A DNA stretch of 64,000 bases from Bifidobacterium breve (GCA_945883725.1 CAMCXZ010000004.1:3669-67668); one strand, 5' to 3'; shown: positions 42,572-52,548, counted from the stretch's first letter. Numbers and translations are program-made. Notes: a model not told the origin generated them from the letters alone.

Positions 42572-43561
42572 ATGCCACTTTCACTACACGTCGATGGGCA
42601 GAAATGGCGTTCTCATTTAGAGCAGATAATGAGCGCAAAGCCTGGGCTGGTACCGGTGATCAAGGGCAATGGTTATGGATTCGGGCTAGAACTATTGGCT
42701 GCCGAATCAACTCGGCTAGGAGTTGAAACAATTGCAGTTGGCTTAGCAAGTGAAGTAGCAAAGGTGCGCACAGCTTTTGCTGGCGAGATAGTTATTCTTT
42801 CACCAGATCAAGTTACTGATGATCTAAAAGATACGAAAATTATTCAGACAATTTCAAATCTAGAAGTTCTACAGGGAATTGATGTAAATACCAATTTAAT
42901 TGTTGAGATCCTGACGCCGTTAAACCGTCATGGAATTGATGTTTCAGATCTCAATCGCGCATTAACAATCATTAAAGATCGCGGCTTAAAGCTTCGAGGT
43001 TTTACGCTACACCTTCCGATCGTAAAGATTGATAGTAAATGGATTAGCTCAACGCTAAATCTCTTGCCCGATGGAAGTAACGTCTGGATCTCTCATCTAC
43101 ATGGCGCAGATCGCATAAAGAAAGAATTCGCGAAACTCATTTTTCGCGAAAGGATCGGCACTTCGCTTTGGCTTGGCGCAGATTCAGCACTTGAAGCCAG
43201 AGCAACCGTACTTGAGAATCGAAAGATTCAAGGTACTGCCGGTTACCAGCAACGACGAGCTCGCGGAAATGTCATTGTGGCAAGTGGTGGCACTGCCCAC
43301 GGAATTGGTCTGACCGCACCGCAAAATGATTTCTCACCTATCGGTCGCATAAAGATTATTGCGCGGGCACTTGAAGCAGCTTTGGGAAGAATGCGAAGCC
43401 CATATCGCCATGATGGCAAAACTTTAGATTTCTTAGAATCACCACATATGCAATGTTCGCTATTGATCTGTAGTGGTTCAAGCCAACCAAAGCCTGGTGA
43501 TGAGTTAAAGGTGCGCGTTCGCTACACAACTACGACCTTCGATCAGATCAGCTTTAGCTAA
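42572..43561 (+). CDS. Alanine racemase-family PLP enzyme
   Basis: PVIKGNGYGFG PLP-Lys motif; adjacent to femX. Confidence 0.8.
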   Translation: MPLSLHVDGQKWRSHLEQIMSAKPGLVPVIKGNGYGFGLELLAAESTRLGVETIAVGLASEVAKVRTAFAGEIVILSPDQVTDDLKDTKIIQTISNLEVLQGIDVNTNLIVEILTPLNRHGIDVSDLNRALTIIKDRGLKLRGFTLHLPIVKIDSKWISSTLNLLPDGSNVWISHLHGADRIKKEFAKLIFRERIGTSLWLGADSALEARATVLENRKIQGTAGYQQRRARGNVIVASGGTAHGIGLTAPQNDFSPIGRIKIIARALEAALGRMRSPYRHDGKTLDFLESPHMQCSLLICSGSSQPKPGDELKVRVRYTTTTFDQISFS

Positions 43562-43581
43562 GTATCTTTAAGGAAAAATAG

Positions 43582-45204
43582 ATGAGCGAGCAGTCGGTTC
43601 TGAAATCTTCAGCCATTATGGCTGTCGGAACCATCTTTTCGCGCATAACTGGGCTTGCCCGAAATCTACTTTTAGTTGCAGCCCTAGGGACGGCAATCGT
43701 TGGTGACACCTTTCAAGTTGCCAACACCATTCCAACTGTTGTTTACATCTTGGTTGCAGGTGGTGCGCTAAACGCGGTCTTTGTTCCGCAAATTGTGCGA
43801 GAGATGAAAAAAGCAGATGGCGGGCATTCCTTTGTTTCGCAACTGGCCACCGCAACATTTACGATCTTGGCAATTGCTACCGCTATCGGAGTTCTTGCCG
43901 CACCATTGGTAGTTCGACTCTATGCAGCTAAGTTCGGTGGCAGCGGCCTTGAGAATGAATTTGAATTAACGGTTCTCTTTACTCGTTATTGTCTGCCGCA
44001 AATTCTCTTCTTAGGTCTCTTCACGCTCTTTGGTCAAATTGCTAATGCGCGTGGAAGTTTTGGCCCAATGATGTGGGCACCTATTCTAAATAACTTAGTC
44101 GTAATCGTAGTCCTGATTAGTTTCATCGCTATAGCGCCAGATGCTCAAAACGGTGTCATCAGCACATCTGCTAAAGCTCTCTTAGGGCTCGGAACAACTC
44201 TCGGCGCATTTGCGCAAGCGGCAATCCTGATTCCAGTAATCGTGAAATCTGGCGTGAGATTACGTCCGAACTTTCACTGGTCTTCGCTGGGCAAATCTGC
44301 CCATCTGGCAAAGTGGACGATGATTTTCGTACTAATAAATCAAGCTGGATTTATGGTCATTGTTAATCTAGCAACCGCTGCCGCAGTTCGCGCTAAAGAG
44401 TCAGGCATTGATGTGGGAGTGGGCTTTACACCATATCAAAATGCTCACTTTATTTTCCTTTTGCCTCATTCGATTATCGCCGTTTCTTTAGTTACAGCGC
44501 TTCTGCCACGAATCTCACGACTTGCAGCAGATACTCAAATCTCAAATGTTCGGGATGAGATTCAGCAGACGCTCGTAAATCTCTATTCGCTCATAATTCC
44601 GGCTGCTTTTGCGATGTTATTTCTCGGCCAGCCAATTGCCCACTTAATCTTTGCCGGTTCAAGTAGTGCAGATGCTGGCCAGATTGGCATGATTTTATCG
44701 GGCTTTGCACTTGGCTTGATTCCATTTTGTAGTTCATATGTAATGCTGCGCGGTTTCTATGCCTTTGAAGATACCAAGACACCAGCAGCAATCACCTTGT
44801 TAATGAATATCGTGACTATCTTGTGCGCGAGTATCAGCTACTTAGTTCTGCCGATTCGCTTAATTACTGTTGGAATAGCAGTCTCATTTGGCATCGGATA
44901 TTTATCTAGTTCACTTTTGGCGCGATATCTTCTAAGCAAGCAAATCGGGCCTTTGAATTTAAGAAGAGAACTAGTCTCGGTCGTATTCATTTCAGCTCTG
45001 GCATTTGTGCCAGGCTTATTTATTTCAGGCTTCCTAGAGAACCTTCTTAATTCAGGGGAGCCCAGCGCTCTTACTTCACTATTGACCTTGGTTATAGCTG
45101 GGGTAATTGCGCTACCGATATTTATAGGAATTGGGTATGGGCTTAAAGTGAGCTCAATTATCTCGGCCTCAGATTCCCTAAAGCGCAAATTCGCAAAGCG
45201 CTAA
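43582..45204 (+). CDS. murJ: Lipid II flippase MurJ
   Basis: SRITGLAR, ANTIP, GGALNAVFVP, RGFYAFEDTKTP. Confidence 0.92.
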   Translation: MSEQSVLKSSAIMAVGTIFSRITGLARNLLLVAALGTAIVGDTFQVANTIPTVVYILVAGGALNAVFVPQIVREMKKADGGHSFVSQLATATFTILAIATAIGVLAAPLVVRLYAAKFGGSGLENEFELTVLFTRYCLPQILFLGLFTLFGQIANARGSFGPMMWAPILNNLVVIVVLISFIAIAPDAQNGVISTSAKALLGLGTTLGAFAQAAILIPVIVKSGVRLRPNFHWSSLGKSAHLAKWTMIFVLINQAGFMVIVNLATAAAVRAKESGIDVGVGFTPYQNAHFIFLLPHSIIAVSLVTALLPRISRLAADTQISNVRDEIQQTLVNLYSLIIPAAFAMLFLGQPIAHLIFAGSSSADAGQIGMILSGFALGLIPFCSSYVMLRGFYAFEDTKTPAAITLLMNIVTILCASISYLVLPIRLITVGIAVSFGIGYLSSSLLARYLLSKQIGPLNLRRELVSVVFISALAFVPGLFISGFLENLLNSGEPSALTSLLTLVIAGVIALPIFIGIGYGLKVSSIISASDSLKRKFAKR

Positions 45205-45258
45205 GTTTTATTCGACTTATTACGCGAATCTTTTTTACTTATCACCCATAATTGCTTT

Positions 45259-46053
45259 GTGAGCATTACCTCTACTGTGTCAATGACGAATAACTCCAAT
45301 CCTGCCCTTGTGCTGGTCCATGGTTTAGGTTCTGCTGGAACTATTTGGAAAAGCTTGATTCCGGACTTAGAAAAAGACTTCACTGTTTATTCCATTGACT
45401 TGCCTGGACATGGCGAAGCAGCTTTAGATAATCATGAAAAATATGACCCGCGTTCACTTGGTGAAATGATTCTGCGCCATATGCAGGAAGTTCATCAGGT
45501 AATAAAGATGCATGTTGCTGGAAATTCTTTGGGTGGTTGGATCTCGCTAGAAATGGCAGCCCTTGGACCAGTACAAGTTGAAAGTGTTACCGCTTTAGCG
45601 CCGGCCGGCTTGTGGCAGCAAGCTCCCATGATGAAGATTCCACCAAGTATTGATTCGCGAATATTGGCCAAGATTTCACAATTCTTTATGCCGATTGCGT
45701 TTCATTTGCCGCCATTAAAAGCTCTGGGTTATCGCAAGATCACCCACTTATGGCGTGAACTAAGTTATGAGTCCTGCCGAGATTCAGTGATTGCGATGGC
45801 TCGTTCTAAAGGATACAAACCCTTGTGGCAAGGAATCAGAGGACAAAAATTTGATTCAGCCGTTAATCCTGAAGTAAAGATTTCGGTGGTCTTTGGTGAC
45901 TCAGATTTAACGCTACCTGAGGAATTAGCGCAGGAAAAGTCGCTTCTACCTAAACACGCAAAATGGATTCGGGTACCAAATTGTGCTCATGTGATTATGT
46001 GGAACCACCGCGCAATCACAATAAGGCTAATAAAGGAAACAGCAGGAATATAG
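45259..46053 (+). CDS. Alpha/beta hydrolase
   Basis: HGLG, DLPGHG, GNSLGG; start may be ATG 45283. Confidence 0.88.
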   Translation: MSITSTVSMTNNSNPALVLVHGLGSAGTIWKSLIPDLEKDFTVYSIDLPGHGEAALDNHEKYDPRSLGEMILRHMQEVHQVIKMHVAGNSLGGWISLEMAALGPVQVESVTALAPAGLWQQAPMMKIPPSIDSRILAKISQFFMPIAFHLPPLKALGYRKITHLWRELSYESCRDSVIAMARSKGYKPLWQGIRGQKFDSAVNPEVKISVVFGDSDLTLPEELAQEKSLLPKHAKWIRVPNCAHVIMWNHRAITIRLIKETAGI

Positions 46054-46160
46054 ATCGCAGATGCGATTGATTCGCATTTTTACATTGTGATTTCATTAGC
46101 CTATATTTCTGCCTAGTTCATTTATATTTAGATAAATGTTCCCAGTGGAAGGTAGTCACG

Positions 46161-46220
46161 ATGTACTTCACTAAACGTCGCGTAATTGACTACTGCCGCA
46201 TCACCAGCACTAGCTGCTGA
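46161..46220 (+). CDS. Cys-containing leader peptide (19 aa) for the sulfur operon
   Basis: SD GGAAGG; MYFTKRRVIDYCRITSTSC*; resembles actinobacterial RRxIDxxRxxSxxC leaders; overlapping hairpin + U-tract. Confidence 0.75.
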   Translation: MYFTKRRVIDYCRITSTSC

Positions 46221-46292
46221 TCTTTTTAATTTTTAGCACGTCAATATTTTGCTGTAAAAAAACTCTAATTACAAAACTAACAAAGGAAAATA

Positions 46293-47243
46293 ATGTCGAT
46301 TTCAAAGAAATTAATCGCAGGCGCAATTGTTTCTGGTCTCCTGGCTACGACAGGTGTATTACCTGCTGAAGCTCGTCCAAAGAATCTAGCTCGCGCTGTT
46401 GCTCAACCTGATTGGTTAGAGCAGAACATTGATAACCCAAAGGTGCGAATTATTGAAGTGAGTACCGAGCCAGGTATTTACGAGCGTGGCCATATTAAAA
46501 ATTCAATTAAGTTGGTTTGGCACACAGATCTAGTTGACACAGTTAATCGCGACATTATTAGCCAAGCGAAGTTCACGGCACTTGTTCAAAAAGCTGGCAT
46601 CGATGATGACACAACGGTTGTTCTCTACGGTGATAAGAACAACTGGTTTGCAGCCTGGGGCGCTTGGATTTTCAATATCTACGGTCAAAAGGATGTTCGT
46701 GTACTAGATGGTGGCCGCGTTAAGTGGGAAAAAGATGGCCGTGCGCTAACAACTGCGGTTCCAACATTTAAAGCTGGCAACTTTGTGGCTAAATCTGCCG
46801 ATAGTGGTCTCCGTGCCACATTGACTAGAGACGTTCTTCCAGTTGCTAAAAAAGCGAGAAAAGCAACGCTGATCGATATTCGCTCTGCTGATGAATACAG
46901 TGGAAAGATCTTCGCACCAGCTGGATTCCAGGAATTAGCAGTTCGTGCCGGTCATATTCCAGGGGCTATCAATGTTCCTTGGGGCCTAAACGTTAATTCT
47001 GATGGCACGTTTAAGACTGTGGCAGAACTTAAGAAGCTCTATGCAGATAAGGGCGTAACTGGCGCTGACCAGATTATTACTTACTGCCGAATCGGTGAGC
47101 GTTCATCTCTTACCTGGTTTGTTTTGAGCGAGATTCTCGGATTTAGTCGAGTTAAAAATTACGATGGTTCATGGACTGAATATGGAAATTCCGTTGGAGC
47201 GCCAATTAGTAATCCTGCCGGCACTATCTGGGGAGCACTGTAA
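46293..47243 (+). CDS. Secreted tandem-domain sulfurtransferase (rhodanese, CysA/SseA-like)
   Basis: Signal peptide ending AEA; GHIPGA, CRIGER active site, YDGSWTE. Confidence 0.92.
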   Translation: MSISKKLIAGAIVSGLLATTGVLPAEARPKNLARAVAQPDWLEQNIDNPKVRIIEVSTEPGIYERGHIKNSIKLVWHTDLVDTVNRDIISQAKFTALVQKAGIDDDTTVVLYGDKNNWFAAWGAWIFNIYGQKDVRVLDGGRVKWEKDGRALTTAVPTFKAGNFVAKSADSGLRATLTRDVLPVAKKARKATLIDIRSADEYSGKIFAPAGFQELAVRAGHIPGAINVPWGLNVNSDGTFKTVAELKKLYADKGVTGADQIITYCRIGERSSLTWFVLSEILGFSRVKNYDGSWTEYGNSVGAPISNPAGTIWGAL

Positions 47244-47265
47244 TTTCATCCTTAAATCTAAAGAG

Positions 47266-47294
47266 CAGCAGCCCCGGCAACCCCGGGGCTGCTG
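47266..47294 (+). promoter_or_regulatory. 12-bp GC-rich intercistronic hairpin
   Basis: CAGCAGCCCCGG-CAACC-CCGGGGCTGCTG. Confidence 0.7.
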
Positions 47295-47341
47295 ATTCTC
47301 TATGGACTAAACAAGAGAAGATTCGAACTGGCATTTCCTTA

Positions 47342-48487
47342 TTGGTTATTGCAGCTCTTCTAGCTATAGCTTTTGTTCTCTCTTCAAATCTAGAGAATTC
47401 AACTGCGCCAATTTCTCTGTTAATTGGCATGAGTTTGGGTCTTCTGCTCGAGCGTGGCCGCTTCTGTTTCTTCTGTATTTTCAGAGATGGAATTGAAGAA
47501 AAGAACACCACACCATTTCTCTCGGTATTATTAGCTATTGCAGTTGGCTCAATTGGCTACACCATTATTTTTGGCCAATTCCTGCCCGATACCAGCACCG
47601 ATCGGTTACCACCGGTTGCACATATCGGGCCAGTTAGTTGGGTACTTGCAGTATCTGCTTTTGCATTTGGAATTGGCATGGCTCTATCTGGTGCCTGCAT
47701 CAGCGGACATCTCTATCGCCTTGGTCAAGGTTATTTGCGCGCTATTCCAGCGCTGATTGGCACGCTAATTGGTTTCGTTCTAGCTTTTCTTACCTGGAAT
47801 TGGCTCTACTTAAATGCAATTTCAGATGCCCCAACAATTTGGCTACCTCACTATCTTGGGTATGCAGGTTCCCTTTTGCTAACTCTTAGCGTACTACTTC
47901 TATTGGCCGTATTTGCGATAAAAAAAGGTACCAACTCTGATCCAATTAGAAGTGCTCCAAGTGCTGCAATTTCGATAAGTGCCACGTTTAAAAACTTAAT
48001 TACCCAGCGCTGGAGCCCAATATCAACAGGTGCCATCGTGGGTTTAATAGGCACTATTGCTTATCTTCGCGTTGAACCTCTTGGCGTTACCCGCCAGCTG
48101 AGCACTTCAGCTCGCACCTTTATGGATGATAATCAAGTCGGTGCAGATACTTTATTTGGCTTAGACAAATTGGCAGGTTGTGTTGCAGTGTTGACTGAAA
48201 CCATAACTAATAACGGTTGGTTAGTTATCGGCATAGTGGGCACTTCGTTCGCAGCAGCACTTGCCGGCGGAAGATTTAAATTTTCTAAGTTAACCGTAAC
48301 TAATAGTTCTACGGCACTGGTCGGCGGAGTGCTTCTAGGTTGGGGCTCAATGACCTCACTTGGTTGCACCATTGGTGTTTTACTATCTGGCACGCAAGCA
48401 TTTGCACTATCTGGTTGGTTATTCTTTGCCTTTGTATTCCTCGGAAGTTATGTTGGAATTAAGTTAAAGTTCCATACAACTGGCTGA
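47342..48487 (+). CDS. YeeE/YedE sulfur-compound (thiosulfate) transporter
   Basis: RGRFCF, GACISGHLYR, GCTIG; start uncertain (see findings). Confidence 0.88.
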   Translation: MVIAALLAIAFVLSSNLENSTAPISLLIGMSLGLLLERGRFCFFCIFRDGIEEKNTTPFLSVLLAIAVGSIGYTIIFGQFLPDTSTDRLPPVAHIGPVSWVLAVSAFAFGIGMALSGACISGHLYRLGQGYLRAIPALIGTLIGFVLAFLTWNWLYLNAISDAPTIWLPHYLGYAGSLLLTLSVLLLLAVFAIKKGTNSDPIRSAPSAAISISATFKNLITQRWSPISTGAIVGLIGTIAYLRVEPLGVTRQLSTSARTFMDDNQVGADTLFGLDKLAGCVAVLTETITNNGWLVIGIVGTSFAAALAGGRFKFSKLTVTNSSTALVGGVLLGWGSMTSLGCTIGVLLSGTQAFALSGWLFFAFVFLGSYVGIKLKFHTTG

Positions 48488-48536
48488 ATTACATTTTACT
48501 ACTCTGCGTAACAACGATTTGGGTAATACTTCATTC

Positions 48537-48591
48537 ACGGTGGTTTGGTAGTAATTGGGACTTGGTTAATCACCAAGTCCCTTTTGCTTTT
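48537..48591 (+). ncRNA. Putative small RNA copy 1, antisense to the tRNA anticodon arm
   Basis: -10-like AATACT 6 nt upstream; seed ACGGTGGTTTGGTAGTAATT; intrinsic terminator GGGACTTGGT-TAATC-ACCAAGTCCC-TTTT. Confidence 0.6.
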
Positions 48592-48682
48592 TATTCCGTT
48601 TCTCAAATTGTGTGTCATAATTTCACCACGATCGCTTGGTAGTAATTGGGACTTGGTTAATCACCAAGTCCCTTTTGCTTTT
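48545..48682 (+). repeat. Exact 47-bp direct repeat, 91-bp period (48545-48591, 48636-48682)
   Basis: TTGGTAGTAATTGGGACTTGGTTAATCACCAAGTCCCTTTTGCTTTT twice. Confidence 0.97.
48628..48682 (+). ncRNA. Putative small RNA copy 2, antisense to the tRNA anticodon arm
   Basis: Extended -10 TGtCATAAT 6 nt upstream; CGATCGCTTGGTAG is the exact reverse complement of tRNA 48792-48805; same terminator. Confidence 0.7.
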
Positions 48683-48760
48683 CCATAGTTTTCTTTATCC
48701 ACAAGATTTTCTAATAGCTAATTCCATTCGTCCGCCAATGCGTAACTTCGCTCTCGTGAT

Positions 48761-48835
48761 GGGGGCGTGTTGTAATTGGCAGCCTGATTGTCTACCAAGC
48801 GATCGGAACGGGTTCGAACCCCGTCGTCTCCACCA
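48761..48835 (+). tRNA. Atypical tRNA: ACC (Gly) anticodon on an Ala-type acceptor stem
   Basis: Acceptor GGGGGCG/CGTCTCC-A-CCA; D-loop GG; anticodon stem ATTGT/GCGAT with loop CT-ACC-AA (48794-48796); T-arm ACGGG-TTCGAAC-CCCGT; weak D-stem. Confidence 0.88.
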
Positions 48836-48898
48836 CAGTCTTAGTTATAGCAATTCGATCTATTGGTAGCGATCAAGGGAATTGCAGTAGCTGTGCAT

Positions 48899-48934
48899 GG
48901 GAGAGCCTCGAGAAATCGAGGCTCTTTCCTTTTT
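48899..48934 (+). terminator. Intrinsic terminator of the tRNA transcript
   Basis: AGAGCCTCGA-GAAA-TCGAGGCTCT-TTCCTTTTT. Confidence 0.85.
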
Positions 48935-48966
48935 GGCCACTCTTACGCATGAGTTAAACTTTCTAC

Positions 48967-49290
48967 ATGAAATTTCAAATCTCAGTTATAGATGATTTGT
49001 CTAATTCAGGAACCCCAGCCGAGATGGTTGAAATCGATAAATTCAACGATGAACTACGCGCCAACGGGCAATTCATATTTGCTTGGGGGCTGCATGCGCC
49101 TGAATCAGCCACCGTTATTGATAATCGAAACGAGGCAAACATGAGCACCGGCAAGCCGCTCTTTGATACCAAAGAAAACTTCAGTGGACTTTGGATTATT
49201 GATGTGGCCGATGCCGAGACTGCCGAGAAGTTAGCTTTCGCAGCATCGAAGGCATGTAACCGAAAAGTTGAGCTGCGCCCGTTTCATTAA
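48967..49290 (+). CDS. YciI/DGPF-domain protein
   Basis: GKPLFDTKENFSGLWII, VELRPF; TAAACT-N6-ATG. Confidence 0.85.
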   Translation: MKFQISVIDDLSNSGTPAEMVEIDKFNDELRANGQFIFAWGLHAPESATVIDNRNEANMSTGKPLFDTKENFSGLWIIDVADAETAEKLAFAASKACNRKVELRPFH

Positions 49291-49779
49291 TTAGCGGTTA
49301 GCGCGCTCATAAGAAATAGGGTCTAGCGCATCTAAGTTAATTACATCCATTTTGTTTATGGCCAGGATGTCAGCAATTTGGGCACGGTGCTCAATCGAGT
49401 GATTTACTATTTGCGCAACGACTGTGGTGTTTTGAAAAGACACAGTCTCTCCGTATCGGATGAAGGTCAACATTTCTTCTGGTTGGTCAATCCATTTTAG
49501 AAATTCTTCATCGTTCTTAAGTGACTGCGCAGCCAGTGCCTTCATGCCCGCTGAAGTTAATGGAAGTTCTACTTCAGTAGGGGCCGTTTCTTTCTTTAAC
49601 CGGGCCAGCAATCTTGGCTGTGCCATCACTACATGGTTAGCAATATTGCCAACTCTCCATTCGGGATTCCAAGCCGAAAATAAAAGAGCCTCTTCTGGCA
49701 GTTCACTCAAAATTGTGAAAACAGAGTGGTTCGCCCAAGCCATATGTTTGAAAAGTTTGACTAATGATTGATCGCTCAT
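49291..49779 (-). CDS. DinB family protein
   Basis: HMAWAN, NH, NHSIEHRAQI. Confidence 0.85.
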   Translation of the reverse strand: MSDQSLVKLFKHMAWANHSVFTILSELPEEALLFSAWNPEWRVGNIANHVVMAQPRLLARLKKETAPTEVELPLTSAGMKALAAQSLKNDEEFLKWIDQPEEMLTFIRYGETVSFQNTTVVAQIVNHSIEHRAQIADILAINKMDVINLDALDPISYERANR

Positions 49780-49935
49780 ATTGTGATCTTAAACCTGTAG
49801 TTGCTTCGGGCTCAAGGAAATTCCACTTGAATTCACTCAAATCTCATATTTTGAGGAGAAAAAGGCTATAAATTGCACTTCTGACGAACTCCTTTAGGAT
49901 CAAGTTACAGGTTGTCTCAAACAAAAGTGAACTAA

Positions 49936-52110
<2,175 letters not shown>

Positions 52111-52479
52111 CTAGTTCTTTGTGTTCATGATTGAATCATGAACATATTGAGCTAAACCGCGAACTCTGCCGTCATAATATTTCTTGAAGCGTTCATCATT
52201 GATATACATCAGTGCAAGATTTTTCTGCATTTCATAGTCGCATTCGTAGAACCATTTAGAAATTGCGGCCCTGTGAGCCAAAACAATTTCTTGAACCTCG
52301 ACTGAAGCGCAGTCAACGCCATTTCCGAATGCGGTTGCGAATCTTTCAGTTACTGCTTCTTGGTCAACCTTGGCCGCGGCAAAATCTGCGTGTGAATACT
52401 TGGAAGTTCGTGCTTGCGATTGCTTAAAGGCATCCGTATCGCCCCAGCGTTCGATAACCTCTGGCTCGTAATCACTCAC
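52111..52479 (-). CDS. TipAS antibiotic-recognition domain protein
   Basis: ERWGDTDAF, HR..IS.WFYEC, MYINDERF. Confidence 0.85.
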   Translation of the reverse strand: MSDYEPEVIERWGDTDAFKQSQARTSKYSHADFAAAKVDQEAVTERFATAFGNGVDCASVEVQEIVLAHRAAISKWFYECDYEMQKNLALMYINDERFKKYYDGRVRGLAQYVHDSIMNTKN

Positions 52480-52548
52480 AGTTCCAGAGTTTAGAGTAGA
52501 TCCCTCGATAAGATGGGCTTCTAATTCAGACTAAAACTAGGAGCTGCC

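Noticed and set aside
48545-48682. 47-bp repeats as a mini CRISPR array
   Set aside because: Only two copies, each an intrinsic terminator with U-tract; the spacer contains a promoter-like hexamer; no cas genes in the window
48761-48835. tmRNA, or tRNA-Val(TAC)
   Set aside because: Ala-like ends but only 75 nt with a full anticodon arm and no tag ORF; the TAC register would need C33 and breaks the stem, whereas ACC gives canonical C32-U33 and A37
48761-48835. Suppressor for the copZ-like TGA
   Set aside because: Anticodon ACC cannot read UGA and there is no Sec-type long variable arm
48636-48869. 77-aa ORF in the ORF track
   Set aside because: Runs through a terminator and the tRNA, has no SD and no protein-like features; spurious
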